From: Sphyrna mokarran | Taxonomy: Eukaryota | DNA length: 64,000 nucleotides | Reading direction: 5' to 3' | Assembly (NCBI GenBank): GCA_024679065.1 | Contig: JAGIQG010000019.1 | Coordinates: forward strand, 45,012,001-45,076,000 | Part shown: positions 23,665 through 36,101 of the stretch, piece by piece | Position numbering within the stretch: position 1 is the stretch's first letter | Layout of the letters: every line of letters starts with the position of its first letter | Program-made: the position numbers and the translations under genes | The notes under the pieces: model-generated | Database searches by the model: none | What the model was told of the DNA's origin: nothing | The model's input: the letters and a program-made list of their open reading frames with translations, nothing else

Positions 23665-24037
23665 AGTGACTGAAAGTGCACTGTAAATCTGAATCTGGTG
23701 CAGCAGGTTAGTATCTATGCTGGTAAATTTAGCTGAAATTTAAGCTTCGCTTGTGAGACACAACGTTTTCTTTGCCACGCTGTCTCTCAATGATCTACCG
23801 TCATCTTTGCACCCTTCCTCAAGTGCACAGGTGCCAATTGTCTGAAAAAGTCGGCTTGTTAATTTACTGTATTGTCTGCTATCCGACAGATTGCTATTCG
23901 TGACAGGAAATGAGCATTGTGCTATATAATGGGAATGCTCAGAGAGGATAATTAATCTCCAGCTTTTCATATTTATAATTGGAGATGTTCCTTCCCTGAA
24001 ACAATTGTGTAGGGACAATTCCATAATGGGGAGATGA

Positions 24038-24342
24038 TGGGTGGCACGATGGCACAACAGCTAGCACTGCTGTTCCGCAGTGCCGGGGACTTGTGTTCGC
24101 ATTCCTGGCTAGGGTCACTGTCTGTGTGGAGTCTGCATGTTCTCCCCATGACTGGATGGGTTCCCTCTGGGTGTTCTGGTTTCCTTCCACAGTCCAAAAG
24201 AAGCACTGGTTAGACCCATTGGCTATGCTAAATTCTCCCTCTGTGTACCTGAACGGGTGCCAAAGTGTGGCAACAAGGGGATTTTTACAACAACTTCATT
24301 GCAGTGTTAATATAAACCTTCTTGTGACTAGTAAATAAACTT
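24038..24342 (+). mobile_element. HE1/V-SINE with alternative tail
   Basis: HE1 head and V core, then ACTTCATTGCAGTGTTAATATAAACCTTCTTGTGACTAGTAAATAAAC. Confidence 0.85.
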
Positions 24343-24948
24343 TTGATGGGTTGAAGTTGGGTGGTGGGGGCAGAAATGGCAAGTCATCAACTTACACATT
24401 TTTCTAAAAGTCTAAATTAGGATAATGACGCTTTAAATTGAAGTTACATTTTAGAAATGATATGGAATGTGCCTCATCAGTAACCAGCCTGTTCCAAACA
24501 GTGCCACACAGATAATGTGTAACCGCTAAAGAACTTGTATCAGCAGGTTGTGGTGAACTTTGATAAAAATCCACTTTCAGTACTTAGAAGGCTAAGATAA
24601 GCGGCTGCTGAGCATATTGATAATTATCTTTACACGGTATGTGTTGTTGCTTCTGGACTCCAAGGGACTGATAAATAAAGATATATAGAACAGCCTGTCC
24701 AGCAATCTCTGAAGAGATCAAACAATTGTAGGTTATATTTCTCCAAAACAACAGCGAATAATTTCCTGCATTTGTAAGATTTTAATTAATAAATGCTTTG
24801 CAAAGCTTTACTCGGTGAGGTTTCACGTGTCTGCACGTTGTTTAAATTTTCAGGGACTGGCCAGTGTAGATTGGACATTCAGTCCCTATCAGTAGTGAAG
24901 GGCACAACTATTAGCAACAGTCTTCCACAAAAGGTGAGGAAAGTCTCA

Positions 24949-25077
24949 AGCCAAATTCTTTGGCTGTTCACACCTCGCTGCCAGGGAGAATGGAGAATAC
25001 GGCGCTCAGCCAGATCTCCCTCCACTGCAGCGGGACTGGAGAATCCCAGCCATAGGCGAGGTTGGAGAATTCTGTTC
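24949..25077. mobile_element. MITE (Harbinger-like)
   Basis: AAATTCTTTGG..GGAGAATTCTG termini; similar to 14988-15123. Confidence 0.45.
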
Positions 25078-25269
25078 TTTCTTTTACATGTAGTTTCTTT
25101 CATCAACAATGGAATATTGTTTACTCATTCATGGAAAATGAATGCTCCTGACTGGCCACTACCTATTGCTTATCCATAGCTGCCTTGAGAAGGTGGTGAT
25201 CAGCTGCCTTCGAAGAGTTCAATGAAGAACTTTTGAAGCATAGTCATTATTTTGATGTAGAAAACGTTA

Positions 25270-25613
25270 GGGCAAGATGGTGATGTAATGGTAATGTCGC
25301 TGGACTCGTAATCCAAAGACCAAGAGTAACACTCTGAGGACCCAGTTTTAAACCCCACCACAGCAGATGTTGAAATTTGAATTCAATAAAAACCAGGAAT
25401 TAAAAGTCTATTGATTACCATTGTGGATTGTGGTAAAAACCCACCTTGTTCTCTCACATTCTTTAGGGAAGGAAATCTGCTAGCTTTACCTGGTCTGGCC
25501 GAGGTATGATCCCAGACCCACAGCAACATGGTTAACTCTTAAATATCCTCAGGGATGGGCAATAAATGCTGGCCCAGCCAGTAATACCCACATCACATGA
25601 ACAAATAAAAAAA
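25270..25613 (+). mobile_element. SINE family B
   Basis: Ends GGATGGGCAATAAATGCTGGCCCAGCCAGTAATACCCACATCACATGAACAAATAAAAAAAA. Confidence 0.8.
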
Positions 25614-25676
25614 AGGCCGTCAATTTGCGCACAAATATTTCCCAGAAACATCAATATGATAATGACTGGATACTCT

Positions 25677-25802
25677 GGGTGGAATTTTGCCATCCCACCC
25701 ACCAGGGGAACCATAGTGAGCAGGACAGGACGTTACAAAGGTCTGTTGGCCTCTGGCGGGATTTTCTGGGCTCAGAGGGAGCGTGGCTGGAAAATCCTGC
25801 CC
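25677..25802. mobile_element. MITE with Harbinger-like TIRs
   Basis: GGGTGGAATTTTGCC..GGAAAATCCTGCCC. Confidence 0.6.
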
Positions 25803-25942
25803 TCTGTTTCTCTGATGATGAATAAGGGTTCAACATCGGTCAGAACACCTTGGAATGCTCTTTTGCTCTTCTTCAAAGCAGTGCATTGGGATCTTTTACA
25901 TCCACCCCAGAGAGCAACCGAGACCATGGTTTCTCATTCAGA

Positions 25943-26222
25943 TGGCAGTTGAGAACCAATCACATTACTGTGGCTCTGGAGTCAAATGTAGGCCAAATCT
26001 GGTAAGGAAGGCAGATTTCCTCCGTTAAAGGACATTAGTGATCCAGATGGGTTTTTCCTGACAATCGACAATGACTTCATGGTCATCAGTAGATTCTTAA
26101 TTCCACGCTTTCTTTCACTGAATTCAAATTCCACTACCTGCCGCGGTGAGATTTGAACCTGGGTCCCCTTCGACTGAAGGGTTAACAGTCTCGCGATAAT
26201 ACCAGTGAGCCATCACCTCCTC
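25943..26222 (-). mobile_element. SINE family B
   Basis: High similarity to 900-1180. Confidence 0.8.
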
Positions 26223-26499
26223 TTCTTGAACATCAGCAATACTTTGGACAACTGACCACAGGAAGCATTCAGAAGCATTCATATATTGAGAACTAAAGAG
26301 TCCAACCAGATAAGTTGTGACAGGTACATACCCTGAACAATAACAGTCAGCCAATTAGGTTTGTATAACAATCCCACAGCTTTTGTAATTTTTCTTTCTG
26401 CTGCTAAACCATGGATTTACTGAATTCATTTTGCTAACTTTCTACTAGCAAGTTTAGAACTGTAACCTTTGGGTTATGAGCCCAATGTAAAATCACAAA

Positions 26500-27430
26500 A
26501 GCACCATTACATTATCCAGGCTCATGTGCCTAGGTAATGTCTGTCACTGCCCTTATAAAAAGTTGTGCAATGCACAATTGCATTAAGACATTTTCACAGC
26601 AAAAAAATGTTTCAAGAATGTAAGTATTAATAGTATACCAGAAGCAATACAAGTGATATATTTGAAAGCATTAAACGGGGTGAGAAATACCAAAATTCGA
26701 GGACGTTATTCAAAGCTCACCAGCACAGATTTATAAAATGACCCCTGCATGGGCAAACAAAGAAAACACAGGGTCATCAGATAAAGAGAAAAGACTTAAA
26801 ACTTCCATTGTTTGACAAAGGGAGTGAGCTTTGACCTTTGATCCTTCTTGGAGACATAATGGAAATTTTACAGTTTTATTTGTGAAGAAAACAGATGCGT
26901 CAGCTGCCTTTTTTACAAACCCTAAAGGATGATGAGACATCAATATTTGAAAACTTTATTTTCCTGCCTCAGATTAAACTTGAGGCGCATCATCTCTCCA
27001 TTTTTTAAATTAAATTTAAGCAGGTGGAGGGGTGACAGCCTATTACTTGGAACCACCGTGTCTGAATGCATAATGGAAAGGTCAACTTGATCATTCGTCA
27101 ATGCATATAAATAATCTGTATTGACTAACAAATGCCCTTCTCACCTCTTCTACCATTGGATCTCTGTGTATTCTCTGTGCTCCTCCAATTTTGTCTTCCT
27201 TCTGCATCCCTAAGTTAATTCCTCTGGAAGTTATGGAGAGCACAGACTGGGTCCAAGTGACATTAAGGCAAATTCTAAACCTCCCTTTGTCTATTAGCAT
27301 TATGTGAGGATCTGCATGAGTCTTCTATAAACCCATGTCCTCGAGGGCAATGAAGTGATGAGTGATGATGTTAAAGCAGTACTGATCCGCAAATCCCTTG
27401 AATCCTTCAGAGATGAATTGGATTCCGGTT
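26500..27430. promoter_or_regulatory. Candidate conserved non-coding element
   Basis: Unique block with DR1-like TGACCTTTGATCC (26832-26844), AAAGGTCA, AGATAA, CATTGTT and TGACAG. Confidence 0.35.
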
Positions 27431-28659
27431 GACGGACACAGATGGGGATTCTCTGGCCATTCACACCGGTGGGATTCTCCAGTTGTGTCGGCAACATACC
27501 CCCTCGCCGTGGGCTTTCCGTAGGCATGAGGTCACGTCAATGGGAATTCCTATTGATAGAGGTGGGACCAGAGAATTCTGCCACTTGCAAACAACGCAAG
27601 GGGAACATGCTTGCAAAAAACTGCGGGAAACACGCAGCTGGAAGGCTGAAGAATCTTGCTTATTATTCTTTCAAGAATCACTTGCTCAGCAAACAAAACA
27701 TGTACTAGCTCTCAAATCTATCACTTTCCAAATAAAAGGAAACTTTGATTAGTACTCTTTATTATGAGAGACTGTTCTTGATTGTGTGCAAATAAATCAG
27801 CTCCTACAGTTGGCCATAGTCTGAGTGATACTTCAATAGTTTTCATCCCCCCTTCTTGTTGTGTTTTTCTGCACTTTTGGCATACATTGCATTTTTTTGA
27901 TGTCATTGTAGGCACCTATTTTGTATGCAGCAGAACCAACTCTGAGCTTGACTCCTTCATTCCCCCCATGGCCTTCCTATATCTTCCGGAGAAGGTTTTC
28001 CTGCATCGCTTTGGCAATGTTTGTGCTTGATCCAGTGAGTGCAATACCACTTCTTGGTGAGATGCCATCTCGGATAGACCAGTATTGTTGGCTGTGTTTG
28101 CTGTATCTTATCAGGCCATCCCTGGATCACTTGCTGAGAAAGCTTCTGTAACTCTTTATCTTTGCTGGTCTCAGTTCACCACTTATGAGGATGCTGTATT
28201 TACGAAGCAAAAGGTCTTTATATCTGGACTTTCTATCTCAGAGTTTACTAAGATAATCTGTAGCTCTTCATTAACTGTTCAATGCCAGGAGAACAAGATC
28301 ATCACCTTCAGAGATGTAGAACATGCAATTAATCTCTTTTTCCTACTGATTTCAATTGCTCCAAGCTGTCAAATTTAGGTCTCCCCGCATGCCATTGGTA
28401 TGACATTTCTCGGTTTCAGAGCATCTTTCCTTAGTTATCCAGTTCTTTCAAATTTTCCGGAAAGATCTTTTGATATAGTCTGAACAGGGTGATGTTACCC
28501 TGTGCTCGGTATCAAGCTTCAGCATCAGATTTATTGTTGTGGTTTATTTCTCACCTTCTATCTAATCTGAATGCTTGGGAGAGTTTCTTTATTCTGGGAA
28601 TTGTCACATTCAGCCATTTCAGGTAGTTGCATTGTTCCTACATCCATGATCTTATTGAG

Positions 28660-29494
28660 ATAGACAGGATGCAAGACTGGGCGGAGAAGTGGCAGATGGA
28701 CTTCAACATGGATGAATGCAAAGTAGTCCATTTTGGCAGGGATAATGGGATGAAGGAGTACAATATCAAGGGTAGGAGTCTTAGCTGTATTGAAGAGCAG
28801 AAGGATCTTGGGGTCCGGGTCCATAGGACTCTTAAATCGGCCTCGCAGGTGGAGGATGTGGTCAAGAAGGCGTATGGTGTACTGGCCTTCATTAATCAAG
28901 GGATTAAGTTTAGGAGTCGGGAGGTAATGATGCAGCTTTATAAGACCCTTGTCAGACCCCACTTGGAATACTGTGCGCAGTTCTGGTCGCCTCACTATAG
29001 GAAGAATGTGGAAGCTATTGAGAGAGTTCAGAGGAGATTTATAAGGATGCTGCCTGGATTGGGAGGCAGGCCTTATGAAGATGGGTTGAGGGAGCTGGGA
29101 CTTTTCTCCCTGGAGAGACGAAGGTTGAGAGGTGACCTGATAGAGGTTTATAAAATGTTGAGAGTAATAGATAGGGTGGATTCTCAGAGGCTATTTCCCA
29201 GGGCTGAAATGGTCGCTACGAGAGGACACAGATTTAAGGTGCAGGGAAGCAAATACAGAGGGGATGTTAGGGGTAAGTTTTTTTACTCAGAGGGTGGTGA
29301 GTGAATGGAATCGGCTGCCGTCGGTGGTGGTAGAGGCAAACTCGCTGGGTCTTTTAAAAGACTTCTGGATGAGTATATGGGAACTAATGGGTTAGGGGGT
29401 TATAGATAGGTCTATGGCTTGGTAGGTATAGATGTGATCGGTGCAACTCATGGGCCGAAGGGCCTGTTTGTGCTGTAGTGTTCTATGTTCTATG
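28660..29494 (+). mobile_element. Young CR1/HER1-like LINE 3' fragment
   Basis: Open 225-aa ORF 28627-29304: DWAEKWQMDFN..KDLGV..LYKTLVRPHLEYCAQFWSP..RGDLIEVYK; tail (TTCTATG)n. Confidence 0.92.
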
Positions 29495-29519
29495 TCCTCA
29501 AACTCATCGTTATCCTCCA

Positions 29520-29690
29520 GCGAAACCAAAAGAGAAAATGCTTGAAAATCTCATCTTTGATAAAGTATCATCCGGATTCAAAACATCGGTTCTTTTCTCT
29601 CCTTACAGATGCTGCCAGACCTGCTGAGATTTTCCAGCATTTTGTCTTTTGGTTTCAGATTCCAGCATTCGCAGTAATTTGCTTTTATCC
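29520..29690 (+). mobile_element. PLE family-2 terminal repeat with short inverted 5' piece
   Basis: AAACCAAAAGAGAAAATGCTTGAAAATCTC is the inverse of GAGATTTTCCAGCATTTTGTCTTTTGGTTT. Confidence 0.65.
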
Positions 29691-30014
29691 AGTCATCTTC
29701 CAACATACAGGTAATTTGGTTTCTTTCCCTTCTTATTCACCCTGTTGCTCGAATAATTCATTTATCAGCTCCTTTCCTTGTCCTGCACAATCTTTTCCCA
29801 CTGACTGGGATTCCCAGATGTTCTACAGTTTGATGTGCAGATGAGACATTTTCTTCTTTCTGAGAACTCATGTGGTCATCCACAGCTCCTGAGCATCCTT
29901 TTCTCTATCTAGTTTGTACTCTTTTGTTGCTGCATCGCTGCATTAACCAGCTGTCTTTCTCTTAACTGAAAACTAGCCACTTAGGTAGTCAGCATCACAT
30001 CAACATTTAGGTAG

Positions 30015-30150
30015 CTCTGAGGGAAGGTTATCCAGACTTGAAATGCTGGCTCTATTATCTCCCACAGATGCAGTCAGACCTGCTGAGATTTTCCAGCATT
30101 TTCTGCTTTTGTTTCAAATTCTAGCATAAGCAGTAGCTTGCTTTTACTTT
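30015..30150 (+). mobile_element. PLE family-2 terminal repeat
   Basis: CTGAGGGAAGGTTATCCAGACTTGAAA..CAGACCTGCTGAGATTTTCCAGCATT. Confidence 0.65.
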
Positions 30151-30492
30151 AGATAGTCAACATCTTTATTTATTTCCATATGGTTTCATGTGTTCCAGCA
30201 ATGTCTGTAGCTTGCAATATTTTGTTTGAATCCTTTCTGCTTCATTCTTTTTGTCCTTCAGGATTTTGCAAAGCATGAGATGAGCTGATCTCTCATCTGC
30301 ATTCTTAAATTTTCATTTTCTGATTGTATTTTTTTTAATAGAATAGTCAGCAGGCTCACCTGATTCCTGCTTCAGATCTTGAATTTTATGCAGTAGATTC
30401 AATGATTTGACTTTAGTTCCAGATTTATGTTTAATTTTTCTGATGTTTTGTCTGTGTCTTCTCTCAGTGTCCAGCTCTTGAATGAATCTAAT

Positions 30493-30835
30493 TGGGTGAT
30501 GGCCGAGTAGTGTTATTGCTAGACTATTAAACCAAAAACTCAGCTAATGTTCTGGAGACTCAGTTCAATCCAGCCACGGATTCCCAAATGATGGAAATTG
30601 AGTTCAATAAAAAATACCTGGAATTAAGAATTGATTGTTGACTTTGAAAAACCCACATGGTTCATTAATGATCTTTAGGGAAGGAAATCGGTCGTCCTTA
30701 CATAGTACTGTCTACATGTGACTCCCCAAAGCCACAGCAATGTAGTTGACTCTCAACTGCCTTCAGGCAACTAGGGATGGGCAATAAATGCTGGCCAGCC
30801 AGTGATGCCAATGTCCTATAAGTGAATTAAAAAAT
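30493..30835 (+). mobile_element. SINE family B
   Basis: GGTGATGGCCGAGTAGTG head; GGGCAATAAATGCTGGCCAGCCAG tail. Confidence 0.8.
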
Positions 30836-31191
30836 CCCACAAATGACGTATCTGACCTTTTCTCCGATATCTTTTAGAAAGCTACTGAATGTCAATCTGC
30901 ACTTCTGTTTAAACTTGTTAAATGCCTTGATCATATCATGAACCTTTCAATTTATCATTTGCTAAAGCTGCAATGGCTATTTTGCTTTCGTACAATTCAC
31001 TTTGTATTTCTCTCTCTCTCTTTGGCACTTATTCAGATTAATTTTACTATCTAATTTACCATTAGATTTGTCTGAAATGTTTGGGTTTTTTTGTTCACAA
31101 ACACCCCGTTGGCACCATGTTAACATCTTCTAACTCCCATAAGTTAGAAATAATAACACCTTAGACTCAAACTGCCACAGCTTCATTGAGT

Positions 31192-31752
31192 TAGGTGGCA
31201 CAGTGGTCAGCACTGTTGCCTCACAGCACTAGGGACCCAGGTTTGATTCCTGTCTTGGGTCACTGTCTTGTCGGATCTCCTCCCACAGTCTGAAAGATAT
31301 GCCGGTCAGGTGCATTGGTCATGTTCAATTCTCCTTCAGTGTACCCGAACAGGTGCTGAAGCATGGGTGACCAGAGGATTTTCACAGTAACTTAATTGCA
31401 GTGTTAATGTAAGCCTACTTGTGATACTAATAAATAAACATAGAATTCCTACAATGCAGAATGAGGCCTTTCGAGTCTGCATCAACAACAATCCCACCCA
31501 ACCCCTATCCCCGTAATCCCATATATTTATTCTGCTAATCCCTCTACACATCCTGGGACATTAAGGGGCAATTTAGCATGGCCAATCAACCTAGCCCACA
31601 CATCTTTGGACTGTGGGAAGAAACCGGAGCACTTGGAAGAAGTCCAGGAGAATGTGCAAACTCTGCAAAGGCAGTGACCCAAGCCAGGAATTGAACACGG
31701 ATCCCCTGGTGCTGTGAGGCAGCGGTGCTAACCACACTGCCACAATGCCATC
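31192..31752. mobile_element. Two HE1/V-SINEs tail to tail: plus alternative-tail copy 31192-31439, minus CR1-tail copy 31440-31752
   Basis: ..CTAATAAATAAAC|ATAGAATTCCTACAATGCAG.. junction. Confidence 0.8.
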
Positions 31753-32316
31753 CAATAGTGTCCATTTGGCTGGTGGATACATTGTTACTTAACACATGAC
31801 CACAGTGCAGCAGTGAGTGTGACACCCCAGGATATGCGTTCATATAACAATTACTCCTTATCTCTTTATGAACAATATAGCTTACAATGAATTATTTGAG
31901 CATTAAGAATTGTGTTCTTTCATTAATGTCACTTCCTGCCATTTGTCATTTTGTACACTATCTCCAAATATTAACTTGCACCACATTAATTAGCGGAATA
32001 ATATCTTAACCCAAGATAGGATATTGCAGTTGAATAAAGGTCATCAGTTGACGAGAGTCATTTCATATCAATCAGATCAGAGGACAGAGCTGGTTTATTT
32101 CTCAGAAATTCATTCATGTGTGCTCCCACTACCTGTTAGCAAGGCAGTAACACTGTACAATCCTAACACGTTGACAGGAGGTTGGTGTTGTATCTAACAT
32201 TTTGATCGAACCATTTTGAAACTTTGAAAAAGACCGGACATCACCTCTTTCTTCAGTACGGATGTGGCCTAGAAAAATTGCTGTCACAGGAATTTTGGCG
32301 AGTTGCTGCAGTGCAT

Positions 32317-32471
32317 CTTGTGGGAGGAAACCAGAGCATCCAGAGGAAACCCGTACAGACACGAGGAGAATGTGCAAACTCCACACAGACAGTGACTCGA
32401 GCCGGGAATCGAACCCAGGTCCCTGGAGCTGTGAAGCAGCAGTGCTAACCACTGTGCTACCGTGCCGCCCT
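32317..32471 (-). mobile_element. HE1/V-SINE 5' half
   Basis: GTGGGAGGAAACCAGAGC..CTACCGTGCCGCCC. Confidence 0.85.
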
Positions 32472-33674
32472 ACCCTGCTTAGTGGGACATTGGTAGGATC
32501 TGATATAATGTTGGTTTTAAACATTGATCAAAGTCACTGGATGGGATGGAATTCCCTGCTCAGAAGTTAGGTTAAAAATTTTTCATTTGTGGATAAAGTT
32601 AAAGTTTATTTATTAGTCACAAGTGGGCTTACATTAACACTGCAATGAAATTACCGTGAAATTCTCCTGTGATTGTTGTTGGCAAGGTAGCTTCTTGTAG
32701 TTGGGTTCTTGTAGCACTGTAATCTGGCTGGTGAAGGTACACCCTACAGTGCCGTTAATGGCTTTGGTACAACTTGCTAAGTTATTGCTGAGGACAGTTA
32801 AGAATCAACCACATTGCTTTGGGCTAGATTCACAAGACAGTGAGACCGGATAAAGAAGAGGGAATTTTTTCCCTAAAGGAGATTAGTGAAGCAGATTAGT
32901 TTTTACAGCAACTAAGTGGTTTCAAGATAGTCAGTGATATATGTTGTTGTATTATTTGGAAATAGCTAGGAACTACTTAGTTATAAATGAACGTGTCCTT
33001 CATAAATATTCTGGGGAGGAAACTAGGGGGAGGGCAGATTACTCTGGAGCCTGTACCAGGGATCCTGGCAAAATTGAACATAAAGAATTTTTAATCTTTA
33101 CAAATTTAACTAGTGATTATTAGTAACTTCTGGAATCAAAAGACAGCAAAACCCACAGTCCGGTGCCTGTTTAGGTACACAGAGGGAGAATTTGGCATGG
33201 CCAATGCACCTAACCACACTATTGACCTAATGGTGAAACCAGTGATTAGTTACATGTGTAAAGAACCAATTGATATCTAAGAAGTACTTGAACAAGAGCT
33301 CCAGGAGATGGAAAGATTGAAGGTGATCACCAAAGCCATAGAGTTTGCAGGTTGGATAAATTCCACCATGGTGAGAGAAGTCAAATGGATGACTAAGAAT
33401 TTGCCTAGATCCCAAAGATCAGAATCAAGTCATTAAAGAGGGATCACTGCTCCATTTCAACACTGGAAGAGATCATACCAGCAGTGGCAGGGGCAGAGCA
33501 AGCTCAATGCTAGAAAAGTTACTGGGATGTGAAACTAGATGCACTTCAACAAACACTTTTGATGGTACAAATTCTTGTGTCTTTGTTTTGGCCTTAAAGT
33601 AAACCAGTATGTGTTCTAGCAGAAAGTAAATGAGCCATAAACAGAATACCAGATATCCAGATATACAATTTAGC

Positions 33675-33970
33675 TGGGAGAATGGACTGATATAGCGGTA
33701 TTGTCACTGAACTATTAATCCAGAGGGTAATGTTCTGGGGAACTAAGTTCAAATCCTACCATGGTTTAAGGATACCCATGAAACCATTGCCAACTGTTGT
33801 AAAAAAAATCTGGTTCACTAATATCTTTAGAGAAGTAAATCTGCAGTTCTCCCCTATGACTCCAGATCCACAGCAATATGGCTGACTCTTAAATGCCCTC
33901 TGAAATGTCTTAGCAAACCATTCAATCCAACAGTAAGTAGGGATGGGAAATAAATGGTGACCAGCCAGTA
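33675..33970 (+). mobile_element. SINE family B inside the Gypsy element
   Basis: GCGGTATTGTCACTGAACTATTAATCCAG..GGGATGGGAAATAAATG. Confidence 0.7.
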
Positions 33971-34302
33971 AATCAAGCAGAATCCTGGAAGAATTATGGA
34001 TATCTCTGAGATGTAAGTCCTAAGAATAAAGAGATTTAAGTAGTTTCCTGGTTTGATTCAATACATGAACTCCTTCATATTGCATATAGAGTCATCAAGG
34101 TTTATAGCATGAAACAGACCCTTCATTCCAACTTGTCCATGCCATCCTCTTTTTTTAAACCTCTAAGCTTGCCCAAATTGCTATCATTTGGTCCAAACCG
34201 ATCATTCTCCATACCTATCTTAGAACTAATAGAATTATGCTCACTGGTCCTAACGTTATCCCTCATTAATACTAAATATTGACATCACATTTTCAATGTT
34301 TT

Positions 34303-34477
34303 TGTGCTGCTCCTTCATCAGGTAGGTGGTCTCCATTTAGCCCATTCACCTGACGAAGGAGCAGTGCTCTAAAAGCTAGTGGTGCTTGCTATCAAATAAA
34401 CCTGTTGAACTTAACCTGGTGTTGTGAGACTTCTTACTGTGTTTACCCCAGTCCAATGCCGGCATCTCCACATCATA
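34303..34477 (+). mobile_element. PLE family-1 terminal repeat with partial inverted copy
   Basis: TGCTGCTCCTTCATCAGG (inverted), then CTGACGAAGGAGCAGTGCTCT..AATAAA..CTTCTTACTGTGTTTACCCCAGTCCAATGCCGGCATCTCCACATCAT. Confidence 0.75.
34345..34385 (+). ncRNA. Degenerate minimal hammerhead-ribozyme-like motif in the PLE terminal repeat
   Basis: CTGACGA-A-GGAGC-AGT-GCTCT-AAAA: CUGANGA core, stem II, and GAAA mutated to AAAA. Probably inactive in this copy. Confidence 0.5.
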
Positions 34478-35234
34478 ACCAGTTCACATCCAGGGAAGTT
34501 AAGAAATTTGCTGAACTGTATGGGTTCAACATCACCACCTCATCATCACACTACCCTTGAGGAAATGGGCTGCACAGTAGTCAGCACTGCTGCCTCACAG
34601 CGCCAAGAACCTGCGCTTGATTCTGGCTTGGGTTACTGTCTGCGTGGAGTTTGCACATTCTCCCCAAGCAAAATACATCCTCCAAATGACCAGGACAAAG
34701 TGAGACAGGAACTCACTGAAGCACAGGAAAGAGCATGTAAGCACTTCAACAAACATGTTCACTTCCCACCTGAGCTGTTGAAAGAACAAAGTGTACGTGT
34801 ACAGAGTCCAATTTTGGAAAACCTGGAGCCCAGCAAAAAGTTGTGGCTTAAGTTGCAACACCAGAGTCACACATAACTGAGACCCAGACAGGCCAGCAAA
34901 TGAAGGGAGTCTATATTCAAACTGCACCACATCTGGAAAAAAAGAGAAGACCAGTGATAACACCAGAAAGTGAGACGCGATATCAGCAGTAAATACCACT
35001 CATGCATCGCTAGGGACAATACGCACAACATCATTAATGCGGAGTGCCAACTGAGCCCTATGGGCAATGCATGTCAAATCTACAAGATGGGATCACAAAT
35101 AATATCTCGTCACCTAAGTGATAATATGATTAATATTTTAGAAAATAATACACGCTATAAAAAGCTATTTGAAGGAGTTCAGTTTATTTCTAAAAGTCAA
35201 TTGATTGTCTCTAAGTTTATAAAAGTTAGATATA

Positions 35235-36101
35235 GATAGCCTAGGAGAATGGGCAAAAAATTGGCAGAGGTGATTTAATGTGGATAAGTGTAGGGTTATC
35301 CATTTGTCAGGAAAAATGAAAAGGTAAATTATTATCTAAATGGAAAGCAGATGCAAAATGTGTCCGGGCAGAGGGATCTGGGTGTCTGTGTTCATGAATC
35401 ATGGAAAGTCAGTATGCAGGTGAAGCATGTAATAAAAAAGGCAAGTAAGATGTTGGTATTTATTGCAAAAGGGACTGGAGTATAAAAGTAGAGAAGAGTT
35501 GTTGCAATTGTATCGGGTGTTGGTGAGACCACATCTGGAGTATTATGTCCAGTTTTGGTCTCCTTATTTGAGGAAGGATGTGGTGGCATTGGAGGCAGTT
35601 CAGAGGAGGTTCACCAGATTGATTCTGGGGATGAAGGGTTTGATGTATGAGGAGGGATTAAACAGCTTGGGCTTCTACTCGCTGAAGATTAGAAAGATGA
35701 GAGGTCTGATCAAGATGAGATCTGATCGAGGTACATAAGATTTTAAAAGGGATTGATAAATTAAATGTAGACCAAATGTTTCCTCTTACGGGTCAATCTC
35801 GAACAAGAGGTCACAGGGCTGGGTTGTGAGGCAATAGATTTAAAACTGAGATGAGGAGGAACTACTTCTCGCAGAAGGTGGTAAATTTGGGGAACTCAGT
35901 GCCCCGTAACATGGTGGAGTCTGAATCATTGAATGGTTTCAAGAGGGACTTAGATTTCTAATTTAAAAAGAGATATAGGAGATATGGGTGGGGTAGTAAA
36001 TTTGAGACTAGGGAGAGATGAGCCATAATCTGATTGAATAGCGGAGCAGGCTCAAAGGGCTGAATTTGCTGATCTCTGCTCCTAAGTTCTATGTTTCTAT
36101 G
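35235..36101 (+). mobile_element. CR1/HER1-like LINE 3' fragment inside the Gypsy element
   Basis: ORF 35463-35738 reads LLQLYRVLVRPHLEYYVQFWSPYLRKD; tail TTCTATGTTTCTATG. Confidence 0.88.

Larger units (their letters stand above)
25205..25950 (-). mobile_element. Deu-domain SINE split by SINE B (25270-25613, plus) and a MITE (25677-25802)
   Basis: CTTTTGAAGCATAGTCATT..|..CAATTTGCGCACA..|..GCTCTTCTTCAAAGCAGTGCATTGGGATCTTTTACATCCACC are collinear Deu-SINE pieces. Confidence 0.6.
27660..31985 (-). mobile_element. Decayed Ty3/Gypsy element (integrase remnant, gag region, probable 5' LTR 31118-31985) with many nested insertions
   Basis: ORF 27721-27915 reads KCNVCQKCRKTQ..LWPTVGADLF (integrase Zn-finger/core start); minus-strand TAACA|TGGTGCC LTR-PBS-like junction at 31118. 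LTR extent is tentative. Confidence 0.6.

Noticed and set aside
28627-29304. 225-aa ORF as a host gene
   Set aside because: It is the CR1 reverse-transcriptase C-terminus of a 5'-truncated insertion and is followed by a LINE tail.
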